In this document: positions 36,827 through 46,181 of the stretch, in pieces
Layout of the letters: every line of letters begins with the position of its first letter
Position numbering within the stretch: position 1 is the stretch's first letter
DNA from: Minisyncoccota bacterium
GTDB lineage: Bacteria > Patescibacteriota > Minisyncoccia > Minisyncoccales > JAGOPM01
Length of the DNA: 64,000 nt
Direction: 5' to 3'
Assembly (NCBI GenBank): GCA_041651395.1
Contig: JBAZJI010000001.1
Location: 443,920-507,919 of the forward strand
Notes under the pieces: model-generated
Databases searched by the model: none
What the model was told of the DNA's origin: nothing
Seen by the model: only the letters and a program-made list of their open reading frames with translations
Made by a program: the position numbers and the translations under genes

Positions 36827-38869
36827 TTAGGGTTTTACCGCCTCCCCGGGCGCATTAACTTTTTGCACAGAGATAACCTCATCTTTGAAATTGGGAATCA
36901 TGCCGCATTCGCCATAAGGAATATGAATAAACCCGTCATCTCCCCAGCCAGTACCCCAGCTATTTTTAATAATCCAACTTCCATCTAACTGACTATAACC
37001 GACAATTAAAACCGCGTGCGAATATATGACATCGGCCCGCCAATTAGCTCCGCAGCGCAAGTGGCCGGCCTCATCAAAGTAGGCGTCCGAATGAAAAATA
37101 TGCCCGTGAATCGGCCCATACTTTCGGATGGCCGCTTTTATTTGATCTAAACCGATAGTACTTTTATCACCAATTATCTTTTCCCACCCGATAAAAAGCC
37201 TTTGTTGCCAATCCGCACAGCGATTAGCGCAATGGTCTCCGGGTAACGGATAACCGTCTTTATCCAAAATTCCGACATTATACGGAAAACAATTTTCGTC
37301 CACGGTGCGCATCGGGAATTGCCAATCAACCACATTCTGATTGGCATATTTTTGATTTTCGTTGGCACAGGCCGAGAAAAAACTTTCCGAAAGATCAATA
37401 TCGGTATTGGGTAGATCCCTTTCAATCAGGTAGCGCGATTCAATGGCGGCCGCCGTCCTGAAATCCGCGCATGTTCCGGAGCCGTCTTGATCTTTAGCGC
37501 GCGTTACATAGCTTCCCTTGGGCCGATTGCGCCAATCAAAATACAGCCAATCCGCCTGCTCATAGATATCATATTGTGCAAAAACCGATTCCCCGAAGCG
37601 ATCAAATTTGCCATCCCCATTTTTATCCACGCAAGCAAAAACCTGATGCCCGCCAACTTTAGTCTCTAAATTTTTCAGCATTAAAAGGCAACCTAAACTT
37701 TTTTCCCCGATGTTATAATTGTAACCAGTATTGCACCAAGTTATCAGCTCGCCTTGGCAGGACTCTTTGCGCAACTGTATCTCTTTATTTTGGCAATCCA
37801 ATTTCAAGCGGACATCGATATGAGAAATTTTAGCCTCCTCGGTGGTAAAATTTGTTTGCCCGAGAAATTCCATGCCCAAATTGGAAGAGCAGACTCCAAC
37901 CCTCTCAGTGATTATCGGTTCTTCATCATAGCACTTAATATAAATTTCCTTTAACTTATATTTGGCTTTATTGTCCTTACTATACTTTAATAAATTCACC
38001 TCGCAGTCCTGCGTATCCTGATACTGGCTGGAAGTTTTAATTACCACCTCCTTTCCGGCTAAATCCCGCGCAATGTAATAATACTGTTTAACTACTCTTT
38101 TCTTGGCAAGGTCATAATTACCGCTGGCAAAAGCATTAAGGCAATCATTTTCATTCAAATAACAGCCATGGAGAGCTGCCCCGGCCAAATTATCCGCTTG
38201 CCAATAATGGCAAAGGGCGCGGCGGGCAAACCTTTGCGTTGAAAGTTGAGCATTGGCTGAGCCGTTATTTACGGCACAATACCACATGGGTTGGGCCAAA
38301 TACCCACAATCGTAGAGCGGACCGAAACCGGAGGCATAAATCAAATCTACCGTATCCATGGCCAAGCCGGTATCATTGGCAAAGGAAGAAGCGTCGGGAT
38401 ATTTTTGCGAAAAGCCGACAGGGAATTCTTTGGAAAAATAATAACCTGCAATCTGCCCATCGCTGGCGCGCCGGCTGATTCTAATCATGGCGCCGCGGTA
38501 ACAATAATAATCCCCATCGCTGTCGCTGGAAGTTTTAAGCTCAGGCATTTCTAAAACCGGATTGACGGCATATTGGGCCATGTTGGAAAAACTTAAATCA
38601 TAAGAAAAGCTCCCCCTGTTCACCAGTTTGCCTGTTTTAATCGTCACAATCTCATTTGGCCGGCGCCGCAAAAAAACCTCGAACCACGGCTCTAAAGCAA
38701 AGGAAGTCGGGTTAACAATTTGGCCAGAAAGGGTTGCCCCGTTTTGATTTGTTATTTTTTTCAAATTCGTAAAACGCGGAAAATTACTCTCCGCCAAAAC
38801 GTGATTGAATGCCAAAAATAACAGGCACGCCGAATATGCAATTATGTGCAAAAATTGGCGCTTGCTCAT
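36827..38869 (-). CDS. Secreted protein with a C-terminal papain-like (C1) cysteine peptidase domain
   Basis: 680 aa with a signal peptide. Motifs: DWRNRPKGSYVTRAKDQDGSGTCADF (Cys), YSHAVLIVGY (His), WIIKNSWGTGWGDDGF. It is a paralog of 32033-35350. Confidence 0.75.
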   Translation of the reverse strand: MSKRQFLHIIAYSACLLFLAFNHVLAESNFPRFTNLKKITNQNGATLSGQIVNPTSFALEPWFEVFLRRRPNEIVTIKTGKLVNRGSFSYDLSFSNMAQYAVNPVLEMPELKTSSDSDGDYYCYRGAMIRISRRASDGQIAGYYFSKEFPVGFSQKYPDASSFANDTGLAMDTVDLIYASGFGPLYDCGYLAQPMWYCAVNNGSANAQLSTQRFARRALCHYWQADNLAGAALHGCYLNENDCLNAFASGNYDLAKKRVVKQYYYIARDLAGKEVVIKTSSQYQDTQDCEVNLLKYSKDNKAKYKLKEIYIKCYDEEPIITERVGVCSSNLGMEFLGQTNFTTEEAKISHIDVRLKLDCQNKEIQLRKESCQGELITWCNTGYNYNIGEKSLGCLLMLKNLETKVGGHQVFACVDKNGDGKFDRFGESVFAQYDIYEQADWLYFDWRNRPKGSYVTRAKDQDGSGTCADFRTAAAIESRYLIERDLPNTDIDLSESFFSACANENQKYANQNVVDWQFPMRTVDENCFPYNVGILDKDGYPLPGDHCANRCADWQQRLFIGWEKIIGDKSTIGLDQIKAAIRKYGPIHGHIFHSDAYFDEAGHLRCGANWRADVIYSHAVLIVGYSQLDGSWIIKNSWGTGWGDDGFIHIPYGECGMIPNFKDEVISVQKVNAPGEAVKP

Positions 38870-38915
38870 GCCTGCTTTAATTATAGTGTTTTATTGCCTT
38901 AAAAAAAGTGGAAAA

Positions 38916-41900
38916 CTAGTCACGAAACTCGCAAATATCGCGATAGTCGCACCAATCGCAATGCCGGCCCGGAGTGGCTGCAAAATTGCTCTGCTCTAAG
39001 GCTTGAGAAAAATCCTCGAATTCTTGAATCAAATTTTCAATATCTTCATCGCTGCCTAAAAACGACAAAGTTGAACCATCTTCTAAATAGTAATAAATCA
39101 GCTCCACGGGCTCGGCTTTATGCACTTGTTTGGCCGCTATTTGGTAAATCAAAAGCTGCGCCTTAGTTTGGTCATCTAGTTTATCCTTGGGCGTGCCGGT
39201 TTTATAATCAATAATGGCAATTTTTCCTTGTCCTCTATCGTCAATGCGGTCAATTTTTCCATAAACAGCTTTGTCCCCTATCCTAATAGTAAAGGAAGAT
39301 TCCAATGCCCCCTTGCCATCAATTTGATATAATTTAGGCGGGTTGGCTTTCAGATTCTCATAAAAATTCTTCAATATTTCCCTGCCTTTTTGGTAATAAT
39401 CCTCTTTTTGTTTTTTTGATTCAAACCACTCATCCTGCCAATGCTTGTCATAAAGCTTATAGAGCTCCTCAATATCGGGAAATTGTCCCTTGTCCTTAGT
39501 GGAACCAAACAGGTCTTTTTGCTCTGATTTTCTGGCGCAAAGGTCAACAAATTCCTCAACCGTGGAATGGATAGAACGCCCAAAGGTTGTAGAGGCGCGG
39601 CCACGTTTGGGCACGCGCATGATATGCTCTAGTTTGTATTGGTAAGGACATTTTTCGAAGGCGGCTAACTGAGTATAAGAAAGGGTTTCGGGCAGCTTGT
39701 AGCTAAGAGAATTTTTTTCCGGGTTTTTATGATTGGGCTTGAGCGTAGAAATGTCGGCGCATTCCACTTTTTTGGCTTTGCAAACTTGAGCCAAACCGAT
39801 TTCGGAGAGAAACTTACTGGGCACGCGCGTACGCTTGAGCCCGGGTTCAACTTGGGCATGGCTTAAATACAGCCCCAAACGAGCCCGAGTTAAGGCCACA
39901 TAAAATAACCGGCGCTCTTCCTGCTCGTGAAAAATTTTATCATCGCCTTGCAGCTGGACTGCCTCGAGGGCATCCCCCTCCTTTTGCCGGCGCACGCCAA
40001 GCAAGGCTGGGGGTATTTCAAGCCCGCCCCCGCGGTTATAAGTCGGGAAATGCGACTGCACTAAATCAATGACAAAAACATGATTAAATTCCAAACCTTT
40101 CGCCTTGTGCACGGTCATAACCTGCACTTGCTCAAAACTGGCTTGGGCCAGATCAGAACGAATTGTGCCCTTTTCCCCGGACTCAATTTCAAAATTCACC
40201 TGCTCCAAAAAGTCGGAAAGCCGGCACTGGACTTGCGATTCTTCAAATTCCTTAAGCTGTTCCAAAAATTGATTAAGCAAATCGACATTTTCTTTGGCTT
40301 GGCGCGGATTAGTTTTTTCATCCTGCAATATCCATGAAAAATATCCGGCCTCCTCCAAATAAACCGTGAAGGTTTCGCTTAAGGTATGGTCTTTAACCAT
40401 CTCGCGGTGCCGCTCCACCAAGGAAGTGATTTTATTGCACGCCGCCAGAGCCTTGCCTGAAATTTGCGGCACTGAGCCGGCTAATTTTAGGCCTTCATAG
40501 AGCGATAAAGTTTTTTTCCGGCAATGCTCGGTAATCTTGGAGATATCATCCTCGGGCACGTCAAAAACCGGGGCGCGCAAAACCTTATAAACCGCCGCGC
40601 TTTCGTGATAATTATCCAACAATTTCAAATAAGAAAGAGCTTCCAAAATTATTGGTTTCTGATAAAAACCTTTGCTGGCCAAAAAACGAAAATCAACACC
40701 CTCTCGCTGCAAAACCGTGCAGATTTTCTGGGCTTGGGCGTTGGTGCGCGCCAAAATGGCAAAATCCGGATATTCCAAATCCTGCGGACTCTTGTTGGGG
40801 ACAAAACACTTTTGCAATTCTTTGATTTTTTGCACCACGCGCTTGGCCTCTTCCTCCACATTTTGACACTGCCAAACTTCAAATGCGCCAACCTGCTTAG
40901 AATTGGCGCAAAGTTTTTTTAGTTCCTCTAGCCGTATCTGCTGCTTCAAAAAATTATCAGCAACTTCCTTTTTATGCGCCACGTAATGCTCCAGGCGGTT
41001 AGGATTGTTGTTAATAATGCTCTTATAAGCCCAATCCAAAATATTTTGCGTCGAACGATAATTGGTTTTTAGAACCACGATTTTTGCCTCGGGAAAATCA
41101 TGGCAAAAATCCAAAACATTTTCCAAAGCCGCCCCCCGAAAACGGTAAATGGATTGGTCGTCGTCGCCCACCACACTTAAATTATTTTTGGGCGCAGCCA
41201 AAATTTTGACGAGCTCGTATTGGATGCGATTGGTATCTTGAAATTCGTCGACTAAAATGTATTTGAACTTGTCACGGTAAATTTTAAGGGTGGCCGGGCT
41301 TTTTTTGAAAAATTTCAGGCAATAGTTAAGCTGGTCGCCAAAATCCAAATAATTATTATCAAGCAATGTCTTTTGGTACATAGCATAAGCCCTTGCCACC
41401 TCAGCGGCCTTTTCCATTTCCTCGCGCAAAACATCCAAATCGTCCCCGGCCTTGGCTCCGCCGTCGGTTAAATCTACGCGCAAGCTGTCGGCATATTCCA
41501 AGTAATGCTCGGGATAAATTCCCTCTTCCTTGCATTCCTTAAAATGATAGCTCAGTTGATCTAAAAATTTGGCGGGATTGCCCAAAGATTGGTAATGCTT
41601 AAAATCAAACTTATCCAAATTCTTGCGCATCAAAATCCACCCTTGGTTATCGTTCAATATTTTGAAGTCATCAGCCAGGCCGATATCAAAGCAATGCCGG
41701 CGCAAAATTTTGTCGCAAAAAGCATGAAAAGTTTGAATCCATAAATCGCAATAAGCCCAGTCAATATTTTCCTCGATAATTTTGTCCTCCAAATGCGCGG
41801 CGGCATCTTCATTAAACACAAGGCAGAGAATTTCTTCCGGCTTGGCTTGGCCTGAATTTACCAAATATTTGAAACGCTCTTTTAAGACTGTCGTTTTGCC

Positions 41901-41981
41901 CGTTCCGGCTCCGGCCACTATCAAAAGCGGCCCCTTGCCGTGCTCTATCGCATTTTTTTGCTCCAAATTCGGACTACTCAT
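38916..41981 (-). CDS. UvrD/PcrA-type helicase fused to a C-terminal PD-(D/E)XK (Cas4/AddB-like, Fe-S) nuclease
   Basis: 1021 aa with Walker A AGAGTGKTT, DEFQDTN, VHKAKGLEF and YVALTRAR. The C-terminal nuclease has IDRID...IIDYKTG and the cysteines EKCPYQY ... CDWCDYRDIC. Confidence 0.85.
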   Translation of the reverse strand: MSSPNLEQKNAIEHGKGPLLIVAGAGTGKTTVLKERFKYLVNSGQAKPEEILCLVFNEDAAAHLEDKIIEENIDWAYCDLWIQTFHAFCDKILRRHCFDIGLADDFKILNDNQGWILMRKNLDKFDFKHYQSLGNPAKFLDQLSYHFKECKEEGIYPEHYLEYADSLRVDLTDGGAKAGDDLDVLREEMEKAAEVARAYAMYQKTLLDNNYLDFGDQLNYCLKFFKKSPATLKIYRDKFKYILVDEFQDTNRIQYELVKILAAPKNNLSVVGDDDQSIYRFRGAALENVLDFCHDFPEAKIVVLKTNYRSTQNILDWAYKSIINNNPNRLEHYVAHKKEVADNFLKQQIRLEELKKLCANSKQVGAFEVWQCQNVEEEAKRVVQKIKELQKCFVPNKSPQDLEYPDFAILARTNAQAQKICTVLQREGVDFRFLASKGFYQKPIILEALSYLKLLDNYHESAAVYKVLRAPVFDVPEDDISKITEHCRKKTLSLYEGLKLAGSVPQISGKALAACNKITSLVERHREMVKDHTLSETFTVYLEEAGYFSWILQDEKTNPRQAKENVDLLNQFLEQLKEFEESQVQCRLSDFLEQVNFEIESGEKGTIRSDLAQASFEQVQVMTVHKAKGLEFNHVFVIDLVQSHFPTYNRGGGLEIPPALLGVRRQKEGDALEAVQLQGDDKIFHEQEERRLFYVALTRARLGLYLSHAQVEPGLKRTRVPSKFLSEIGLAQVCKAKKVECADISTLKPNHKNPEKNSLSYKLPETLSYTQLAAFEKCPYQYKLEHIMRVPKRGRASTTFGRSIHSTVEEFVDLCARKSEQKDLFGSTKDKGQFPDIEELYKLYDKHWQDEWFESKKQKEDYYQKGREILKNFYENLKANPPKLYQIDGKGALESSFTIRIGDKAVYGKIDRIDDRGQGKIAIIDYKTGTPKDKLDDQTKAQLLIYQIAAKQVHKAEPVELIYYYLEDGSTLSFLGSDEDIENLIQEFEDFSQALEQSNFAATPGRHCDWCDYRDICEFRD

Positions 41982-42021
41982 GGTATTAGATTATTGCATA
42001 AATAGGGCCTCTTTTCAAAAT

Positions 42022-42046
42022 TAAAAAAATCCCAGTTTCTGGGATT
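42022..42046 (-). terminator. Rho-independent terminator
   Basis: Minus strand: AATCCCAG-aaa-CTGGGATT followed by TTTTTTAATTTT. Confidence 0.75.
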
Positions 42047-42052
42047 ATCAAA

Positions 42053-42619
42053 CTAGTCTTGCGGCGCTTCGCCGTGCAAGAAAGCCTCTTCGAGAGCCAA
42101 GCAAAGATCATTGACTTGTTCTGACGGAAAATTGTAAAACGGGTCGCTTCCTTCTTGGTTCAGGATTACATTTTCATTGAGATTATTGATAATTGTCTCA
42201 ATCTTTCCCCAATCAAAACGCTTGATATCCCGCGACCAAACCGAAATAATCTCCGGCGGACAGTCGCTCTTAACCCAAAAAACCGAATGCCGCAACATTT
42301 CCCCTTTAGCCGAAATGGCTTGGCCGACATTTTTCTTGTCCTCATCTGCAAGCAAAAATGCCACTAAAGCGCCATTGACTGAAGTTCGGGGGCAGGCGCC
42401 AAGCTGAGCAAACAACCACTGTTTTTCGCCAAAGATTGAATTAAAAGACAAAATGCAAGGCTTATGCAATGAAGCATAGCGGACATGCGAAGTATGCGCA
42501 TCACCATCCCAAAATAGCACCACACTTCTGCCCTCTAATTCTGGCAAATCGGCAATCCTTTGGGGAGCGAAAAATTCAGCGACCGTGGACACAATTTCTC
42601 TATCTTTTATTACTCCCAT
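42053..42619 (-). CDS. Hypothetical protein
   Basis: The start MGVIKDRE at 42619 is preceded by AAGGAGGTG at ideal spacing; the ORF track extends to 42676. No family recognised. Confidence 0.55.
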   Translation of the reverse strand: MGVIKDREIVSTVAEFFAPQRIADLPELEGRSVVLFWDGDAHTSHVRYASLHKPCILSFNSIFGEKQWLFAQLGACPRTSVNGALVAFLLADEDKKNVGQAISAKGEMLRHSVFWVKSDCPPEIISVWSRDIKRFDWGKIETIINNLNENVILNQEGSDPFYNFPSEQVNDLCLALEEAFLHGEAPQD

Positions 42620-42713
42620 TTGCACCTCCTTTTTAAGGTAATAACTGAGCTTGCCAAACAAAATTAACCCTGTCAATAATTGTTTGCTCCCGGGATTTGC
42701 TAATGGATTTTTC

Positions 42714-42744
42714 TACCCAAAAACCCGCCTCCACGGGCGGGTTA
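42714..42744 (-). terminator. Rho-independent terminator after prmC
   Basis: Minus strand: AACCCGCC-cgtgga-GGCGGGTT followed by TTTGGG. The hairpin overlaps the stop codon. Confidence 0.65.
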
Positions 42745-43503
42745 TTTATATGCAGCGATAAAATAGCGGGGTTTCTTGAATTGATCTTTGCAAATTTCTG
42801 CCTTGTAGCCTTCTTTTTTAAGCAAGGCCCGCAAATCTTTGACCGTGCGCGAATCGAATTCGCAAAATAACCTTCCGCCAGGCTTCAGATGCTTTTTGGC
42901 TTGCACGAGCAGCTTGCGGATATATTGCAGGCCATCTTTGCCCCCGAATAAAAATGAGCCGCTCTCATGGCGTAAAACAGAATCTTGCACATCTTTGACG
43001 AATATCTCCGGGATATAAGGCGGGTTGGCAAAGATATAATCAAAGCCACCCTCTAAATCTTGTAAAATATCGCTTTGCTTAATAGCGGCGCGGGAAAGCC
43101 CGATCTTATTGAGCTTGATATTTTTAGCCGTCTGCATCAAACAAAAGGGATCAATATCGGCAAAAATCACTTTGGCCTTTTTTAAGCTTTTAAGCGCCGC
43201 AATACCGATGCAGCCAGAGCCGCAAAAAACATCTAAAATAAAAAATTCTTTGTCTTTGGCCAAATCCGCTAATACTTTTTCCACCCAAAATTCCGTTTCA
43301 TCTCGAGGGATAAGCGGTCTAAATTCCAAATCAATTTTAGTACCCAAGAATGGCCGCCAACCAATGACATAATCCAAAAGCTCGCCCTTCATTAAAAGCC
43401 CCACATCACGCCAAAAAGCCGAGGTCTGTTTCCCCTTATATTTCTCGCGCAGCAATATTGCACAATCTTTTTCTAATTCAGAAATTTTTGTTTTGCCTTT
43501 CAT
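42742..43503 (-). CDS. prmC: Release-factor glutamine N5-methyltransferase (HemK/PrmC family)
   Basis: 253 aa with the SAM-binding motif DVFCGSGCIG and the catalytic motif ANPPYIP. Confidence 0.8.
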   Translation of the reverse strand: MKGKTKISELEKDCAILLREKYKGKQTSAFWRDVGLLMKGELLDYVIGWRPFLGTKIDLEFRPLIPRDETEFWVEKVLADLAKDKEFFILDVFCGSGCIGIAALKSLKKAKVIFADIDPFCLMQTAKNIKLNKIGLSRAAIKQSDILQDLEGGFDYIFANPPYIPEIFVKDVQDSVLRHESGSFLFGGKDGLQYIRKLLVQAKKHLKPGGRLFCEFDSRTVKDLRALLKKEGYKAEICKDQFKKPRYFIAAYK

Positions 43504-43557
43504 TTTTAATTCTAAATTAATTTCTGAATTACAAATTATGCTTTATAACTTAAATAC

Positions 43558-43818
43558 TCACATTCCCATCTTGCCTTTGAGCATGGGAGCTAGTTGCATC
43601 AGCCGGACTTGCAGCTGCTTGTTGGCTTCGGAAATCGCTTCTTTGAGAAGTTTTTCTAATTTAACCGTATCGTGAGCAGGGTTGAGCTTAATATCTTCAA
43701 TTTCCATCAAGCCGTTCATTATGACTTTTACGCCCTCCTTATCCACTTCAATCTTTTCCTTTTTGAGCTGGTTTTGGAGGTCCAAAGCCTGCTTCATTTG
43801 CTTCATTTGTTCAAACAT
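43558..43818 (-). CDS. YbaB/EbfC-like nucleoid-associated protein
   Basis: 86 aa. An N-terminal MFEQMKQMKQALDLQNQL helix is followed by a beta segment (VKVIMNG..EIEDIKLNP) and a C-terminal helix (LLKEAISEANKQ). Size and pattern fit YbaB. Confidence 0.6.
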   Translation of the reverse strand: MFEQMKQMKQALDLQNQLKKEKIEVDKEGVKVIMNGLMEIEDIKLNPAHDTVKLEKLLKEAISEANKQLQVRLMQLAPMLKGKMGM

Positions 43819-43924
43819 AGTTTTATGATGATACCAAATTCAAATGGCAAAGTCCAAATCACTCAAAATAATTTTTGGCCTTTTTGCAGTAATTGGTAAT
43901 TTGATATTTGAATTTCACTTATTT

Positions 43925-45310
43925 TTATTTGTAATTTTCTAATAAGCGCACAAGCATTCTCACCGGCGCCCCTGTAGCTCCCTTGGCCAAATATTCGTCA
44001 TCGGCGGGCAACATTCTTGGCGCGATATCTATATGGGCCCAGGGATAATCTTTGGCAAACTGCCACAAAAAGGCGGCTGCGGTGCAAGCACCGCCCCGGC
44101 GGGTTTTAGCCGTGTTGGTTAAATCAGCAAATTGGCCGCGAACTTCCTCTTCAAATTCTTCCCATAAGGGCAGAGGCCAAATATAATCTCCGGCCAGCTC
44201 GCCATTGGATTTCAGGTCGTGCTCTATAGTATGGTCTTTAGTAAAAATCGCACTGGCCCGACTGCCCAAAGCCGAATGCGCCGCCCCAGTCAGCGTGGCC
44301 ACATCGATAACTAGTTTGGGTCGGAATTTTTTGGCATAAGTTAGAGCGTCGGCCAAAATTAAACGGCCTTCCGCATCCGTAGACATGACTTCGACGGTTT
44401 TACCAGATAAAGTCTTCAGCACATCTCCGGGCCGATAGCTATTGCCCGAGGGCATATTTTCCGTAGCCGGAATCAGGGCAATGATATTTTTGCGCAAACC
44501 TAGGCGAGCAGCGGCCTCCACGGTATGCAAAACAGCGCCGGCGCCGGCCATATCCATGTGCATGTCTGTAAGCCCATCGTCGGGTTTAATATTTATGCCG
44601 CCGGAATCGAAAGTTACGCCTTTGCCAACCAAAACAATCGGCCTGCCAGAATTGAGCGCACCCCAATACTCCATAATAATAAACTGGGCCTCCTCATAGG
44701 AACCTTTGGAAACACCGACTAACCCGCCCATACCCATGGCTTCGGCTTTTTTCTGGCCCAGAACAGTGGTTTTAACTTTTTTGTAAATGCGCGAAATAGC
44801 CCGGGCATGGTCGGCCAGTGATTTGGGCGTTAGCTCACCGCCGGGAGTATTAACCAAATCGCGGCAACCGTTAACCGACTGGCCAATAATAAGGCCATCA
44901 GCAAAACCCTTACGCGCCTCTTTGCTGACTTCGTCACCGACATAAATTTCCTTCATTAGAGTAAAACCACTTTTGTCGGTTTTGTAACGGATAAATTCAT
45001 AATTAGCCACCACAAAATTTTCGGCCAAAATGCGGCCCGTATCATAGGGAGTGAGATCAAGATCGGGAAACTTAAAATCGCCAAAATCCAGATAAAGGAA
45101 TTTGACCCTATTTTGCTTGCAAAAAGAGACTATTTTGCGCGCCAGAAGGTGGAAATTGCGCAAATTGATTTTTTCGCGGTCGGGCACGCCAATGGAAACT
45201 ATTTTCTCGCCATAGCGGGAAACAAAAACAAAATTCTCCTTTTGGGCGCCCAGCTGCAAAAGTGCAATCTCTTTTTTCTGCGGCTTTTTAGCTAAAAATG
45301 ATATCTTCAT
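43925..45310 (-). CDS. pepA: Leucyl aminopeptidase (M17)
   Basis: 461 aa with VGKGVTFDSGG and the M17 signature STDAEGRLILADAL. Confidence 0.9.
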   Translation of the reverse strand: MKISFLAKKPQKKEIALLQLGAQKENFVFVSRYGEKIVSIGVPDREKINLRNFHLLARKIVSFCKQNRVKFLYLDFGDFKFPDLDLTPYDTGRILAENFVVANYEFIRYKTDKSGFTLMKEIYVGDEVSKEARKGFADGLIIGQSVNGCRDLVNTPGGELTPKSLADHARAISRIYKKVKTTVLGQKKAEAMGMGGLVGVSKGSYEEAQFIIMEYWGALNSGRPIVLVGKGVTFDSGGINIKPDDGLTDMHMDMAGAGAVLHTVEAAARLGLRKNIIALIPATENMPSGNSYRPGDVLKTLSGKTVEVMSTDAEGRLILADALTYAKKFRPKLVIDVATLTGAAHSALGSRASAIFTKDHTIEHDLKSNGELAGDYIWPLPLWEEFEEEVRGQFADLTNTAKTRRGGACTAAAFLWQFAKDYPWAHIDIAPRMLPADDEYLAKGATGAPVRMLVRLLENYK

Positions 45311-45373
45311 AACGTTACTGGCAATAAAGCTATTTTAGCCAAAAACCCCTTTATTTACAACAAACTTCACTAA

Positions 45374-45402
45374 TTGACTTTTTAGAAAATATATGCTATA
45401 AT
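45374..45402 (+). promoter_or_regulatory. Sigma-70-type promoter for the + strand two-gene cassette
   Basis: TTGACT (45374-45379), 17 nt, TATAAT (45397-45402). An AAGGAGG RBS precedes the ATG at 45435. Confidence 0.6.
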
Positions 45403-45434
45403 ATAATTATTCACAACTTAAAAAGGAGGATACG

Positions 45435-45890
45435 ATGAATGTCAGAGATTTATTCTGCGCCAAAGAAGACGGTAAACAAGAAAATGTTTACCTATTCTAC
45501 GTCATGGCCGCAACAAGCTCTGGGCTCAAAAGTACATTTTTGACCACGATCAGCCGAAGCGAAAAGAATGCTACCAATCGAGTAATCGAGGTAGCAACTA
45601 AAAAATTCTCTCCGGGCAAAACCGGCGGGCCAGAGCTTGTTGGGCAGCCTATCCCCGACTTAATCTTTGCTTGGCAATTCGGCGAAAATCTTGCCGAATG
45701 CCAACGTCGGCTTAGAGAGGCTCTCGAAATAAAATTTCCGAAAGCTAGCAACGAAATGAAAGACAGATTGGCTAACCCAATCTTGCTATTTCTGGCCAAA
45801 GTCAGCGGAGACCGCAAACCGCGATTTCCTAGGCCCTGGCCGCAAACAAAACAACAAAAGTCTGAAAAACAGACAGGAGGAAAAGCATGA
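45435..45890 (+). CDS. Hypothetical protein (cassette gene 1)
   Basis: 151-aa ORF with a strong RBS and promoter and a basic C-terminal tail. No family recognised. Confidence 0.55.
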   Translation: MNVRDLFCAKEDGKQENVYLFYVMAATSSGLKSTFLTTISRSEKNATNRVIEVATKKFSPGKTGGPELVGQPIPDLIFAWQFGENLAECQRRLREALEIKFPKASNEMKDRLANPILLFLAKVSGDRKPRFPRPWPQTKQQKSEKQTGGKA

Positions 45891-46060
45891 GTCCAACAAT
45901 GACAATCACGAAACCGCTGACAACACTGGGTGGGGTTACACTGGCAGCAAGCTCCAATCCCGATTGGCATCTTGTCCAAAAAATGAAAATCGCCAGCCAA
46001 CGCCAACAAAACCTGAAGCACGAAAAAAAGGAAACAGATCAGTGGAAAAAGTGGCATTAG
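45887..46060 (+). CDS. Hypothetical small protein (cassette gene 2, 57 aa)
   Basis: Hand-translated as MSPTMTITKPLTTLGGVTLAASSNPDWHLVQKMKIASQRQQNLKHEKKETDQWKKWH. It has an ATGA start/stop overlap with gene 1, AGGAGG 6 nt upstream, and hairpins downstream. It is below the ORF-track length cut-off. Confidence 0.4.
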   Translation: MSPTMTITKPLTTLGGVTLAASSNPDWHLVQKMKIASQRQQNLKHEKKETDQWKKWH

Positions 46061-46148
46061 CCATCCTCGAACAAAAACATAAGCCGCGTTTAGCCAGTCT
46101 CCTTTAGGGACAGGCCCGCGGCTTTCGTATTTTATCCTTAAAAAACAA

Positions 46149-46180
46149 AAGCCCCACCAAGGGGCTTGTTTATTTTTATA
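46149..46180. terminator. Bidirectional rho-independent terminator
   Basis: AAGCCCC-accaa-GGGGCTT followed by GTTTATTTTT on the + strand. An A-run upstream serves the convergent minus-strand gene. Confidence 0.65.
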
Positions 46181-46181
46181 G

